From an uncultured delta proteobacterium (GTDB lineage Bacteria; Myxococcota_A; Polyangia; Polyangiales; Polyangiaceae): a stretch of DNA of 64,000 nt. Each line of letters opens with the position of its first letter. The first letter of the stretch is position 1. Position numbers and translations under genes: made by a program. The stretch lies in contig CAWJCS010000003.1 of assembly GCA_963841435.1 (NCBI GenBank), forward strand, positions 1,376,001 to 1,440,000. The letters are read 5' to 3'. Below the pieces are notes generated by a model that worked only from the letters and a program-made list of their open reading frames with translations, had not been told where the DNA came from and did not search any database. Below, in pieces: positions 10,392 through 20,874 of the stretch.

Positions 10392-11530
10392 CGAGGGATG
10401 GCGACCGTGCCCGTTTCGGGCCCGTCGGCCCCGAGCCGAAGATTGTTCGGCGAGTCCGCACCCAGCGGTTCCGGATGCTCGCTTTTTACGATCGCGAGCT
10501 CGGTCCAGACGGAAAGCAGGCCGTCGACGATCTCGGGGTCGAAGGAATTGCCTCGCTCCTTCTGGAAGAACTCGAGCAGCCGCTCACGGGGCCAGGCATC
10601 CTTGTAGCATCGAGCACGCCCGAGAGCGTCGTACACGTCCACGACGCCCACCACACGCGCCTCCCACAGGCACTCGCTTCCGACCAGGCCATCCGGATAG
10701 CCACTGCCGTTCCAGCGTTCGTGATGGCCGCGCGCCACGTCGGCCGCCAGGTCCAAGAACGGGTGGCTCGAGCCGCCGAGCAATTCGCCTCCAATTTCGG
10801 CATGCCGCTTCATGATGGCGAACTCCTCGTCCGTCAGCTTGCCGGGTTTCGTGAGGATCGCGTCGGGAATCGCGATCTTGCCGATGTCGTGCAGCATGGC
10901 GACGCGACCCAGCCGGGAGGCCTCGGCTTCCGACCTGCCGAGCGCAAGCGCGACGCAGCGCGTCGACTCGGCCATGCGGCGCACGTGAGCGCCTGTTTCG
11001 ATGTGGCGCAAATCCCAAGCATGGCTCAGCTGGTTTGCGAGATTGAAAGGCAATCGCTCGAGCAGCGCGCTCACCCCTTCGGGCGATGCAGTCGGATCGA
11101 GGTCGATGGCTGGCCGTCCGGCACGCGTGCTCGCATGCCGGGCGCGAGTGAGCGCCAGCGTTATTTCGGCTTCCAGCGTGAGCGGGTCCGCTGGCTTGTG
11201 AAGGTACGCCGTGGCGCCCCTCGAAAGGGCGCTTCGCATGTCCGCGGTGGCATCACTCGCCGTGAGCACCACGACACTGATGGCCGCACCGGACGCTCGA
11301 ATCGCACCGAGAACATCCAGCCCGTCTCCGTCGGGCAAGCTCAGGTCGAGCAGAACGACCTCCGGTGCGCGATCCGAGATCGCGCGAAGCGCTTCGGTGC
11401 TCGTGGCCGCCTCGACGACGGTGTGGCCGGCCCTCGTCAGAATGCGTCGCAGAGAGCGACGGAGCTCCGGTTCGTCGTCGACGACCAGGATCGTACCCGT
11501 CTCCGGGGATAGTCCGTGATGTCCTCTCAT
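10388..11530 (-). CDS. Response regulator with HD-GYP phosphodiesterase domain (RpfG-like)
   Basis: REC (ILVVDDE, LDLSLPD, KP) plus HDIGK and HHERWNGSGYP. Confidence 0.9.
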   Translation of the reverse strand: MRGHHGLSPETGTILVVDDEPELRRSLRRILTRAGHTVVEAATSTEALRAISDRAPEVVLLDLSLPDGDGLDVLGAIRASGAAISVVVLTASDATADMRSALSRGATAYLHKPADPLTLEAEITLALTRARHASTRAGRPAIDLDPTASPEGVSALLERLPFNLANQLSHAWDLRHIETGAHVRRMAESTRCVALALGRSEAEASRLGRVAMLHDIGKIAIPDAILTKPGKLTDEEFAIMKRHAEIGGELLGGSSHPFLDLAADVARGHHERWNGSGYPDGLVGSECLWEARVVGVVDVYDALGRARCYKDAWPRERLLEFFQKERGNSFDPEIVDGLLSVWTELAIVKSEHPEPLGADSPNNLRLGADGPETGTVAIPR

Positions 11531-11840
11531 TCGAAACAGTCGCGCTCCCTCCGGTCGAGATGCCCGTCTTCGACGCGGCCGAAGACCCTCCAGGATAGCC
11601 CTCACCGCTCAGCATGGGTATCTTCTCCCAGGAGGCCCGCGTGAAGAACGCGCCGAAGGCTGGCTGGGGCGCCCGCACCGCCGGCTAAGCGTCTAAATCA
11701 ATTGAAGTATTCAGCCGGTCGTCTCCCTGCTTCAGTCGTCGGCGGTCGCGACCACGGCGGCACTCGCGAGCGCCGCACTCGGGTCCTTCGCGCAAGGCCG
11801 CGCCAAGGCCCGCGGAGCCGTCACGAGCGCAGACGCCCGC

Positions 11841-13026
11841 CTACCAGCCAAATGACGGGAAAGGCTTACCGGGCTTGGCGAGGAGATAGCCCTGCAACAG
11901 GTCGACGCCGGCATGGACGAGAGCCTCGCGTTCTTCGATGGTCTCGATGCCCTCGGCCACGACCGACATGCCGAGATCTTTGCAAAGGGTCGTCATCGAC
12001 CGCACCAACTTCTCCTTCACGGGGTTCTTGTCAACGCCGCGAATCAGAGACATGTCGAGCTTCACGAACTCTGGCTCCAGCGTTGCGAAGCTCGTGAGGC
12101 CGGCATAGCCGGCACCGAGATCATCGATGGCAATGCGAAACCCCAGACCCCTGAGCTCCGCGATCACCGCGCGGAACGTCCTTCACCTCGTCCAGCGCGA
12201 CGCGCTCCGTGACTTCCAAGACCACACGCTTGGCGACGAGGGAAAGTGGAGCGTCCGGCGAGCGGAGCGTTGGGTCTAGGAGATCGTGGGCATGGAGGTT
12301 GACGAAGAAGACGCAGGATGGCGCCGCGTCCGTCATGCTGCAGCACGCGAGCGCGCGCACACTCTGCCCGAGCTCGTGCAGGCGCCCCAGGCGTTCCGCC
12401 GCGTCCAGAACGGCCGCCGGGTGAGGCAACGACGCCTCTTCGCTCCGCAGCAACGCTTCATAGCCGAACAAGGAGCGGCTTCCTGCGCTCACGATGGGTT
12501 GATAGGCGAGCCACAGCGTGTCCAGAGCGCTTCGAAAGCTGGCCTCGAGTGCCGCGCGGTCGGCGTTCCCGAGGCCGCCATGATCCAGGAGCTCCAACGC
12601 CTGGCGCTTGAGCTTCGCGACCTGGTTCAGGCGCACGGCCTTCGCGACGGCGCGCTCGAGCTCGGTCATGTCTACTGGCTTGCTCAAATACAGATGGGCA
12701 CCGTGCGCGATCGCCTGCATGGCTGTCTTCACGTCGGGGACCCCCGTGACCAAGATCACGGGCACGTCGAGGTCTCGCTCGCGAATGATCTGTAAGAGCC
12801 GGATGCCGCTCATGCGCGGCATGTCGATGTCGCTGACGACGGTATCGAACGTGGTCTCCGCCAGCAGGGCCGACGCAGTGGGCCCGTCTTTCGCCGTCTG
12901 CACTTCGTAGCCCTCGGCGGTCAGAATGCGCGCGGTGATGCGAAGCAAGGCGTCTTCGTCGTCAACCAGGAGGATCCTGCCGCGCGAGTGGCGCGGCTCC
13001 ACGCCCATGCTCGGCACGGCGTTCAT
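11841..13026 (-). CDS. Response regulator with EAL domain; +1 frameshift near 12174 (error or pseudogene)
   Basis: REC-GYEALLR in ORF 12121-13026; IAIDDLGAGY..VAEGIE..LQGY in ORF 11841-12167; removing one C restores DVRAVIAEL. Confidence 0.85.
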
Positions 13027-15371
13027 TCCGGGTTCTCCTGCCGCGCCGGGGGCAACGTCGGCGCCCGGAGGTGGCCCTGGCTCGACACACCCTCGAACGA
13101 CGGCGGCGGGCCGCTCCCGTACGGGCGCTCGTCGAGAACCTCTCGCAGCTTTCGGAGCAGCGCGTTCGGCGTGATCGGCTTTTGAAGAAACGCGACATCG
13201 GAATCCAAGACACCGTGGCGGACGATGGAGTCGTCGGTGTAGCCCGACATGTAGATGATCCGCATCGCCGGCCGGAGGGAGCCGACACGCTCCGCCAAGA
13301 CCCTGCCGCTCATGCGCGGCATGACCACGTCCGTCAGAAGCAAATGAATCGTCGCCGTATGCTGCTCACAGATGAGCAGCGCGTCGCCCCCGTTCTGCGC
13401 CACGAGGACACGATAGCCGGCTCGCTCGAGGATGGTGCGAGTGACGAGCCGCACCGACTCGTCGTCCTCGACGAGCAGGACCGTCTCGGACGCGCGCCTC
13501 GGAACCGCTGCGACGGCCGCCTCGCTCCGGACGACGCCGTCAGTCCGCCGGAGGTACACTTTGATTGTCGTGCCCGCGCCGGGTTCACTATAAACCCAGA
13601 TGCTGCCGCCGGTCTGCTGGACGATGCCAAAGACGGTGGAAAGCCCGAGTCCGGTACCGCGTCCGAGCTCCTTGGTCGTGAAAAACGGGTCGAACATGCG
13701 CGCGACGGTCGCCGGTTCCATACCGACGCCCGTGTCGGTCACCGCGAGCATCACGTACGAGCCGGGCTCGACCCCGGTGTGCTGGGACGTATAGGAAAGA
13801 TCGAGCTCGACGTTGGCCGTCTCGATGGTGAGCTTACCCCCCGTCGGCATCGCGTCGCGCGCATTGACCACCAGATTCATCAGGACTTGCTCGATTTGTC
13901 CGGGATCGGCCCGGACTTTACCCAGGTCTTGGCTAGCAACGACGTTCAACTCCACGTCCTCCCCGACTAGGCGCCGCAGCATCCTCGCAATGCCGGACAT
14001 CACGGCGTTCAGGTCCAGGATCTTGGGGTCGAGCACCTGCTGCCGGCTAAAGGCGAGAAGCTGACGGGTCAGTTCTGCGGCCCGCGTGCCGGCCCTCGCG
14101 ATCTCTTCGAGGTCCGCTCGCGTCGGATCCCCGGGTTTCAACGTGCTGATGAGCATCTTGCTGTAGCTGAGGATCACGGAAAGCAGATTGTTGAAATCGT
14201 GCGCCACGCCACCCGCGAGGCTACCGATAGCCTCCATTTTTTGGGCCTGTCGGAGCTGCGCCTCGAGTCGGTTCCGCTCGGTCGCATCGACCGCGATCTT
14301 CAAGGCGCACGGTCTGCCATCGAACACGAAGTTCTGGACGGTGATATCGACATCGATCACCGTTCCATCTCTTTTCTTGTACTGGGAAGCGCCCGACTGA
14401 ATGGCCGCGGAAGGAGTGGCGCTGAAGCCCGCAGGGAAGCCCGGCACGTCCTCGTTCGGACGCATGTCCGAAATGGTCATCCCCGAGAACTCCGCGCGCG
14501 AATAGCCGAAGCACGCAACAGCGGCGTCATTCACGGCGAGATACCGAAGCGTCTCGTTGTCGTACAAGAACTTCGGCAGCGGCGACTGCTCGAACAGCGT
14601 CCGATACTGGGTCGCCAGCGCCAAGAGCGCCTCCTCCGCCTGTTTTCTCGCGGAGATGTCGGTGACGTAGCTGATCCACTCGGTCGTGCCCTGCAGGTAT
14701 GCAAAGCCCACCAGTGTGGCGATGTAGCGCCCGTCCTTGTGGACGAAGTCTCGCTCTCGGAGCGGAAGAAATCCGGTCGTTCGGAGCTGCTGGCGGTCAT
14801 CGATGTCGGAAACGAGACGATCGAGCGGCGTGATCGCCTCCCAGTTGAGCTTGCCGGCCAGCATGTCCTCGTGCGTGTAGCCCAACATTTTCAAGAAGGC
14901 GGCGTTCGCTTCTTTGAAGTTGCCGTCGAAGTCCGAAATAGTGACTCCCGCGACACCCGAGTCGAACAACCGCCGGAAGCGGAGCTCGCGGTTTCTGAGC
15001 GTGGCCTGCTGCTCTACGAGGCGCTCGGCAATCAGGACGCGAGTCTCGAGAGCCGCGGGGCCGAGCGAGGTTGCATAGAGGTCGGTCGCTCCTGCCTCGA
15101 GAAGCTCAGGCAGTCGGTCATCGCGGCTCGTGATGACCAGAATCACCGCGTCAGCACCCTCCGGCGAGGCGCGCACGCGCCGACAAAACTCGGTGGCGGG
15201 CATGTCATCGAGCGGATCGTTCACCACGATCAACGGCGGCGCTTCGCTGGCGACCATGACGAGCGCGGTCCCGCCGTTTTCGGCCACGAGCTGGTTGTGA
15301 CCCCGCGCTCCCAGCACGCTGCCTACGGTGCTCCCCCAGCCAGAGTCGGTTCCGACCAAGAGGGCCTTCAT
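13023..15371 (-). CDS. Hybrid histidine kinase REC-PAS-PAS-HK-REC
   Basis: [39 protein letters not shown]-terminal REC. Confidence 0.93.
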   Translation of the reverse strand: MKALLVGTDSGWGSTVGSVLGARGHNQLVAENGGTALVMVASEAPPLIVVNDPLDDMPATEFCRRVRASPEGADAVILVITSRDDRLPELLEAGATDLYATSLGPAALETRVLIAERLVEQQATLRNRELRFRRLFDSGVAGVTISDFDGNFKEANAAFLKMLGYTHEDMLAGKLNWEAITPLDRLVSDIDDRQQLRTTGFLPLRERDFVHKDGRYIATLVGFAYLQGTTEWISYVTDISARKQAEEALLALATQYRTLFEQSPLPKFLYDNETLRYLAVNDAAVACFGYSRAEFSGMTISDMRPNEDVPGFPAGFSATPSAAIQSGASQYKKRDGTVIDVDITVQNFVFDGRPCALKIAVDATERNRLEAQLRQAQKMEAIGSLAGGVAHDFNNLLSVILSYSKMLISTLKPGDPTRADLEEIARAGTRAAELTRQLLAFSRQQVLDPKILDLNAVMSGIARMLRRLVGEDVELNVVASQDLGKVRADPGQIEQVLMNLVVNARDAMPTGGKLTIETANVELDLSYTSQHTGVEPGSYVMLAVTDTGVGMEPATVARMFDPFFTTKELGRGTGLGLSTVFGIVQQTGGSIWVYSEPGAGTTIKVYLRRTDGVVRSEAAVAAVPRRASETVLLVEDDESVRLVTRTILERAGYRVLVAQNGGDALLICEQHTATIHLLLTDVVMPRMSGRVLAERVGSLRPAMRIIYMSGYTDDSIVRHGVLDSDVAFLQKPITPNALLRKLREVLDERPYGSGPPPSFEGVSSQGHLRAPTLPPARQENPE

Positions 15372-17026
15372 CGCGAGCTTTCCGCGCTGCCGTGGCCTGG
15401 CTTCGGCCGGGAGCCACCGAGAGCGTCAGAGCCTCGTTCTTCGCGGCCCGTCGCCGTGGGGTTTGGCCCGAGCACTTCACGAACCTTGAGCGCGAGGGCG
15501 TGGGGCGTGATGGGTTTTTGAAGGAACGTGATCGTCGAGTCGAGAATCCCGTGCCGCACCACCGCGTCGTCGGTGTAGCCGGACATGTAGAGCACCTTCA
15601 TCGCGGGGCGGACGCTCAGCAAACGCTCGGCCAGCTGTCGGCCGCTCATGCGGGGCATCACCACGTCGGTCAAGAGCAGGTGAATCGTCTCTGGATGCTG
15701 CTCACACAAGAGGAACGCATCGCCTCCGCTGTGGGCTTCGAGCACGTCGTAGCCGTACCTGCGCAAGATCGTCCGCGCGAGGACGCGCACGCGCTCCTCG
15801 TCTTCGACCAGCAGGATGGTTTCGGACCCGTGCAGGTTGAGCAATCCGGGAGGGGGCGCCGAAGCGGCAATCGGAACGGTGTGCTCCGCGATCGGGAAAT
15901 CGACGCGAAATGTCGTGCCGCGGTCAACCTCGCTGTCGACCCAGATGGTCGCGCCGCTTTGCCGAACGATCCCGAACACGGTCGCGAGCCCTAGCCCGGT
16001 CCCTTGTCGGCCCTCCTTGGTCGTGAAGAAGGGTTCGAACATGCGGGACTGAGTGGCCTCATCCATGCCGACACCCGTATCGCTGACGGCGAGCATGACA
16101 TGGACTCCAGCCGTCACGCCGGCATGTTCCAGCGCGTATGCTTCGTCCAATACGACTTCCGCGGTCTCGATCGTGAGCTTGCCGCCGCGCGGCATGGCAT
16201 CCCGGGCGTTGACCGCCAGGTTCACGATGACTCGCTCCAGCTGGCCCGGGTCGGCGAGAATCTTACCCAGCGCCGGCGCCGGGCGTGACGCAAAGTCCAC
16301 GTCCTCTCCGATCACCCGGCGCAGCATCGTTTCCATGCCCGTGCAGATGGCATTCAGATCAACGACGCGGGGCAGCAGGACCTGCTGGCGGCTGAATGCG
16401 AGCAGCTGACGTGTCAGGTCGGCCGCGCGCAGACCGGCTCCGTTGATCTCCTCCAGATCGGCCCGCATCGGATCGCCCGGCCGGAGGTCCGCAGCGAGCA
16501 TTTCGCTGTAGCTCAGGATGACGGACAACAGATTGTTGAAGTCGTGAGCGACGCCGCCGGCCAGGCTTCCGACTGCTTCCATCTTCTGAGCTTGCCGGAG
16601 TTGCTCCTCGCTCCGGTTCAGGGCCTGCTGCGCTTGCCTGCGTTCAATCGAATGCCGTATGACGCGTTCCATGAGCTGCGGTGTGATCTGGTCTTTGACC
16701 AGGTAGTCGGCGGCACCCGCCTTCATCGCTTCGATGTCCACCAAGCGGTCGCCCTGCCCGGTCAGCAGAATCATGGGCCCCCCGAAGCCCCCCGCCACCG
16801 CGGCCTCGATGAGATTTAGCCCAGTGTGAGCACCCAAACGGTAGTCCACCAAGCACGCGCTGTACGGTGCGCGGAGCTCCTCCAACCCTTCCTCGTAGCT
16901 TCGCACCCATTTCACGTCGAAGGCCACGCGGCCGTCCATCTCGAGGAGTTTCCGGGTGAGGAGATAGTCTTCCTCGTCGTCCTCCACGATCAACACGCGA
17001 ACCGCGGGCCTTTCTACGGCTAGCAT
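15368..17026 (-). CDS. Hybrid histidine kinase REC-HK-REC
   Basis: N-terminal [12 protein letters not shown]-box, G-boxes, C-terminal REC. Confidence 0.93.
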   Translation of the reverse strand: MLAVERPAVRVLIVEDDEEDYLLTRKLLEMDGRVAFDVKWVRSYEEGLEELRAPYSACLVDYRLGAHTGLNLIEAAVAGGFGGPMILLTGQGDRLVDIEAMKAGAADYLVKDQITPQLMERVIRHSIERRQAQQALNRSEEQLRQAQKMEAVGSLAGGVAHDFNNLLSVILSYSEMLAADLRPGDPMRADLEEINGAGLRAADLTRQLLAFSRQQVLLPRVVDLNAICTGMETMLRRVIGEDVDFASRPAPALGKILADPGQLERVIVNLAVNARDAMPRGGKLTIETAEVVLDEAYALEHAGVTAGVHVMLAVSDTGVGMDEATQSRMFEPFFTTKEGRQGTGLGLATVFGIVRQSGATIWVDSEVDRGTTFRVDFPIAEHTVPIAASAPPPGLLNLHGSETILLVEDEERVRVLARTILRRYGYDVLEAHSGGDAFLLCEQHPETIHLLLTDVVMPRMSGRQLAERLLSVRPAMKVLYMSGYTDDAVVRHGILDSTITFLQKPITPHALALKVREVLGPNPTATGREERGSDALGGSRPKPGHGSAESSR

Positions 17027-17481
17027 CCGCTTGCAGCCTCCGGAAGCGTGACGATCTTGAACCAGTACTCCCCCAGCGCGAGGGCCACCTGGACCAGTCC
17101 TGCTTGAGTCACCGGCTTGCTGATGTAGGAGTTGCTGCCAAGGTCGTAGGTCCGAAAGATGTCCTCCTCGGCCTTGGATGTCGTCATGACGACGACGGGG
17201 ATGCGACGCAGCGCCCGGTCCGCTTTGATCTCCATCAATGCCTCGCGCCCGTCCCTTCGCGGCATGTTGAGATCGAGCAGGATGAGCCCTGGTGTCGGCG
17301 ACAGCGCTGGGGGCGCGTATTTCCCAGTGTGGCGCAAGAACTCCAGCAGCTCCTCACCGTCACCGACGGTGTAGATCTGGAGCGGGAACGGCACCTTGTT
17401 GAAGGCGTTGCGGGTCATTTCCTGGTCGTCGGGATCGTCGTCGGCCAAAAGGACGATGACCGCAGGCGCGTCCGTCCTCAC
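17020..17481 (-). CDS. Single-domain response regulator (Rcp1-like)
   Basis: LLADDD, LLDLNMP, IPVVVMTTS, NSYISKP; GTG at 17481 overlaps the kinase stop. Confidence 0.9.
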   Translation of the reverse strand: MRTDAPAVIVLLADDDPDDQEMTRNAFNKVPFPLQIYTVGDGEELLEFLRHTGKYAPPALSPTPGLILLDLNMPRRDGREALMEIKADRALRRIPVVVMTTSKAEEDIFRTYDLGSNSYISKPVTQAGLVQVALALGEYWFKIVTLPEAASGC

Positions 17482-19124
17482 GACGGCACCATGTTCTTCT
17501 GCATCAGAGGCAAAGTGACGATGAAGGTCGCGCCCTGCCCCGGACGACTCCGCGCGGTGATCGTCCCGGCGTGTCGCTCTACGATCCTGCGGCAAATCGC
17601 CAACCCGATCCCCGTCCCCTCGTAATCGCCTCGCCCGTGGAGCCGTTGGAAGATCTTGAACACCCGGTCGAGGTACTTCTCGTCGAAGCCGATGCCGTTG
17701 TCGGCAACGGACAAGCGGCACGCTGCTTCGGGCACGCTCACGCCTCGGGCGTCCACGGCGTCGATGATCTCGCCGCTCACTTGCACGACCGCCGGCTCGT
17801 CCTTCTTGTGGAACTTGAGCCCATTGCCGATCAGATTCTGGAGCAGCTGACGCATTTGGAACGAATCGCTTGCAACGACGGGTAGCTCACCCACCTGGAC
17901 GCGCCCGCCGGTCTCGGCGAGACGCACCTCCAAGTCCGAGATGACACCCATGAGTACCTCGTTGAGGTCGACCGCCGTGAACGGCCTTGCTTGGGACGAG
18001 ACCCGCGAAAACTCGAGCAGGTCGGAGACCAGGATCGTCATGCGGGAGGCGGCGTTCTGGATGCGATCGAGGTAGTTGCGCCCTTCGACGCTGAGGACTG
18101 CCGACTGCTCGTCTCTCAGGCAGCCCACGAACGCGTGCACCTTCCGCAATGGCTCCTGTAGATCGTGTGAAGCCACGGTCGCGAAGTCCTCGAGCTCGCG
18201 GTTGCTCTGCAGCAGGCTCACGCTCGACGCTCGAAGCTGATCTTCCGTTCGCTTGCGCTCGTCGATGTCGGTGCACGTTCCAAGCCACCTCGTGATGGCG
18301 CCCACCTCGTTTCGGACGGCCAGCGCGCGTGTCAGGTACCAGCGGTAGCTGCCGTCGGCATGCTTGAGACGGTACTCAATCTCGTACGCGCGCCCGGTGG
18401 CGATGGCCAAGCGCCAGCGTTCCACGGCGTGCTGCTGGTCATCGGGGTGCACGACATCCGCCCAGCTGGCATCCCCCAGTACCCCTTCGGGCCTGCCGGT
18501 GAAGTCGTACCAGCGCCGATTGTAGTAGTCGAAATGACCATCAGGGCGCGCCCCCCAGACGACCTGGGGCATGGCGTCGGCGAGCTCTCGGAATCGGCGC
18601 TCGCCTTCACGGAGCGAGTGCTCGGTCAACTTGCGCTGGGTGATGTCACTGTGGATGCCGGCCCATTCCCGAATCGTCCCGTTGTCCGCGAACACGGGCA
18701 CGGCCCGGACGGAGAAGTAGCGGTACTCGCCGTCATGGCGACGAAGCCGATGCTCGTACTCGCAGGGGCCGCGCGCGATGACCGCTCGCTCCCAGATGAC
18801 CTGATCGCTCGAGCGGTCGTCGACATGCACGGCATCCAGCCAACCGGCGCCCGCGTATTGTTCGGCCGTCTGTCCCGTGTAGGCAGCCCAGCTCGGCTGC
18901 TCGCCAACCATCTGACCCTTCGGGTCGCGCGTCCAAATGATCTGGGCGAGCGCCAAGACGAGCGATTGGTACCGATCGAGGTTGGCGCGCAGGAGGGTCG
19001 CGGCATTACCGCTCTGCTCGATCGCCTCCCGCTCCAGGGTGGCGATGCGCAACTTGCCCCGGGCCAGCTCTGCCTCCTGGCTTTCGGTGAGTCGCGCGTT
19101 CGGTCTATCAGACATTGTCGCCAT
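17478..19124 (-). CDS. PAS-PAS sensor histidine kinase (Cph1/phytochrome-type kinase core)
   Basis: Two PAS/PAC domains; ASHDLQEPLRK, NLIGNGLKF, DNGIG, FQRLH..GTGIGL. Confidence 0.92.
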   Translation of the reverse strand: MATMSDRPNARLTESQEAELARGKLRIATLEREAIEQSGNAATLLRANLDRYQSLVLALAQIIWTRDPKGQMVGEQPSWAAYTGQTAEQYAGAGWLDAVHVDDRSSDQVIWERAVIARGPCEYEHRLRRHDGEYRYFSVRAVPVFADNGTIREWAGIHSDITQRKLTEHSLREGERRFRELADAMPQVVWGARPDGHFDYYNRRWYDFTGRPEGVLGDASWADVVHPDDQQHAVERWRLAIATGRAYEIEYRLKHADGSYRWYLTRALAVRNEVGAITRWLGTCTDIDERKRTEDQLRASSVSLLQSNRELEDFATVASHDLQEPLRKVHAFVGCLRDEQSAVLSVEGRNYLDRIQNAASRMTILVSDLLEFSRVSSQARPFTAVDLNEVLMGVISDLEVRLAETGGRVQVGELPVVASDSFQMRQLLQNLIGNGLKFHKKDEPAVVQVSGEIIDAVDARGVSVPEAACRLSVADNGIGFDEKYLDRVFKIFQRLHGRGDYEGTGIGLAICRRIVERHAGTITARSRPGQGATFIVTLPLMQKNMVPS

Positions 19125-19355
19125 TTTCCCCGCGACCGTGGCGCTGCCTGAGCCAAGCTCGCTCCCTTCGTCCGAAGACGAGCCCAAGCCCACATTGACG
19201 CACACGTCTGCTCGCCGGCGTCCGACGTCGGAAAGGCCCAGTATGTTCGAATTTGCCAGGTTACTCCAAACGGTTACCCCTCACCAATCGACAGATCGCA
19301 TGACATCTATCGATCTCGTCGATTGAATGGTGATACCTTCCCCGAGAGGGTCACC

Positions 19356-20282
19356 GTGAAATTGTCTGGGGTGGACGCGAACCTGCTACCAGCGCTCGAC
19401 GCGCTCTTGCAGGAAAGGAACGTGACTCGCGCGGCGCTGCGGCTCGGAGTCGGGCAGCCGGCGGTGAGCCATTCGCTGGCCCGCCTCAGAAATCACTTCC
19501 ATGACGAGTTGCTCGTGCTCAGGGGGCGCACCTATTTTCTGACGGAGAAGGGCGAGAAGCTGGCGGAGGTGGTGAAAAACGCAACGCGCGCGATGGCTGC
19601 GGTTTTCGAGGAACCGCCCGGCTTCGAGGCGTCGACGTCGTCGTCGCGCTTCGTGGTGGCTTGTTCCGACTTGCTCGGCTTCATCATCCTCCCGGAGCTG
19701 CTGCGGACGCTGCAAAGCGAGGCAGAGCACCTCGAGGTCGAGCTCAGAGCCCCGAGCACCGGGTCGAAAGAATCGCTTCTCGAGCGGGGAGTCGATCTGG
19801 CGCTCGGCATTTTCGAAGGCGTCCCTCCCAGCATGAACCAGGAGGCCATCTACGAAGATGCAGCAGCTTGTGTCGTGCGCGAGGACCACGGCGGGATCGG
19901 CGACCACCTCACGCTCGAAGCGTACGGCGACCTTCCCCACCTGGAGATAGGCCCCACCTTCGACTCGATACCCGAGCTCCACGTCGAACGGGCGCTGGCG
20001 GCCCTCGGAAAGCGCCGGCGCGTGACGTTGCGCACCCCGTACTTTTTGCTGGCACCACGCATCCTCGAGCGAACGGACCACGTCGCCACCCTCCCGGCGA
20101 GCGCCGCGGAGCTGTTCGCCAAGATGGCTCGCCTTCGCGTCTTGTCGCCTCCGGTTGACCTCCCGACCTACAAATTTTCGCAGATTTGGTGGAACAACCG
20201 GAACGAGGACCGCGGACACGCGTGGCTTCGCGAACACGTCGCCAGCATCTACCGCCGCGCGCGTCGGAGCGACCGAACATGA
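19356..20282 (+). CDS. LysR-family transcriptional regulator
   Basis: DANLLPALDALLQERNVTRAA..QPAVSHSLARLR helix-turn-helix. Confidence 0.92.
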   Translation: MKLSGVDANLLPALDALLQERNVTRAALRLGVGQPAVSHSLARLRNHFHDELLVLRGRTYFLTEKGEKLAEVVKNATRAMAAVFEEPPGFEASTSSSRFVVACSDLLGFIILPELLRTLQSEAEHLEVELRAPSTGSKESLLERGVDLALGIFEGVPPSMNQEAIYEDAAACVVREDHGGIGDHLTLEAYGDLPHLEIGPTFDSIPELHVERALAALGKRRRVTLRTPYFLLAPRILERTDHVATLPASAAELFAKMARLRVLSPPVDLPTYKFSQIWWNNRNEDRGHAWLREHVASIYRRARRSDRT

Positions 20283-20527
20283 ACGACCAACAAAAGAGGC
20301 GGCTCGTGGAACAACTCGTCCTACTGGCGCTCGATCGCAACACCGGAGCTTGGAGCGCACGCCTGTACGTCGCAACGGCGCTGTGGCTCGAGTCGGAGCT
20401 CGGCTCCCAAGGTCGGGACTCGCTCACGAGCGCTGCAGAGCGTGTCAAGAAGCGGGAGCGAGGCACGGAGCCTGCCAACTTTCGCGGCCTCCTGGAGTCC
20501 TGGCTGGCGCCCGCAAGATACGGGTGA
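20279..20527 (+). CDS. Small hypothetical protein
   Basis: ATGA overlap with the LysR stop; 82-aa ORF MNDQQKRRLVEQLVLL... Confidence 0.5.
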   Translation: MNDQQKRRLVEQLVLLALDRNTGAWSARLYVATALWLESELGSQGRDSLTSAAERVKKRERGTEPANFRGLLESWLAPARYG

Positions 20528-20587
20528 CACAGGATTCGCCACCGACGATCTGTAACCAGTGTGTCCGGTTAGGACCGGTTGTGGATG

Positions 20588-20606
20588 GCGCGCCCCGTAG
20601 GATTCG
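20588..20606. repeat. 19-bp copy of the tRNA-Arg 3' end (att remnant)
   Basis: gcgcgccccgtaggattcg is identical to 20738-20756; this copy extends to a CCA end on the minus strand (20586-20588). Confidence 0.8.
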
Positions 20607-20738
20607 CCACCGTCGGCCCACTGCGTCACCACGTCGCACGCCGAGCTGCGGACAGCGCCCGGCTCCGCACGTAGGTCGAATCCGCTCGCGCAGTTGCTGG
20701 ATTGTCGCCCGACCTTGATTGTAGGTTTGTGGTTCCAG

Positions 20739-20812
20739 CGCGCCCCGTAGGATTCGAACCTACGACCCCCGGATTCGAAGTCCGGTGCTCTATCCAGCTG
20801 AGCTAGGGGCGC
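20739..20812 (-). tRNA. tRNA-Arg(UCG)
   Basis: GCGCCCC-TAGCTCAGCTGGATAGAGC-A-CCGGA-CTTCGAA-TCCGG...GGTTCGAATCC...GGGGCGC-G; CCA not encoded. Confidence 0.95.
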
Positions 20813-20874
20813 GAAGGCCGAGGAGATAGCACGATCAGGCCCGAAGTTGGGGCCCGACCCGCGCCGAGCCGACG

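Noticed and set aside
20531-20760. Short spaced repeats as a mini CRISPR array
   Set aside because: Repeats derive from the tRNA 3' end, spacing is irregular, and there are no cas genes
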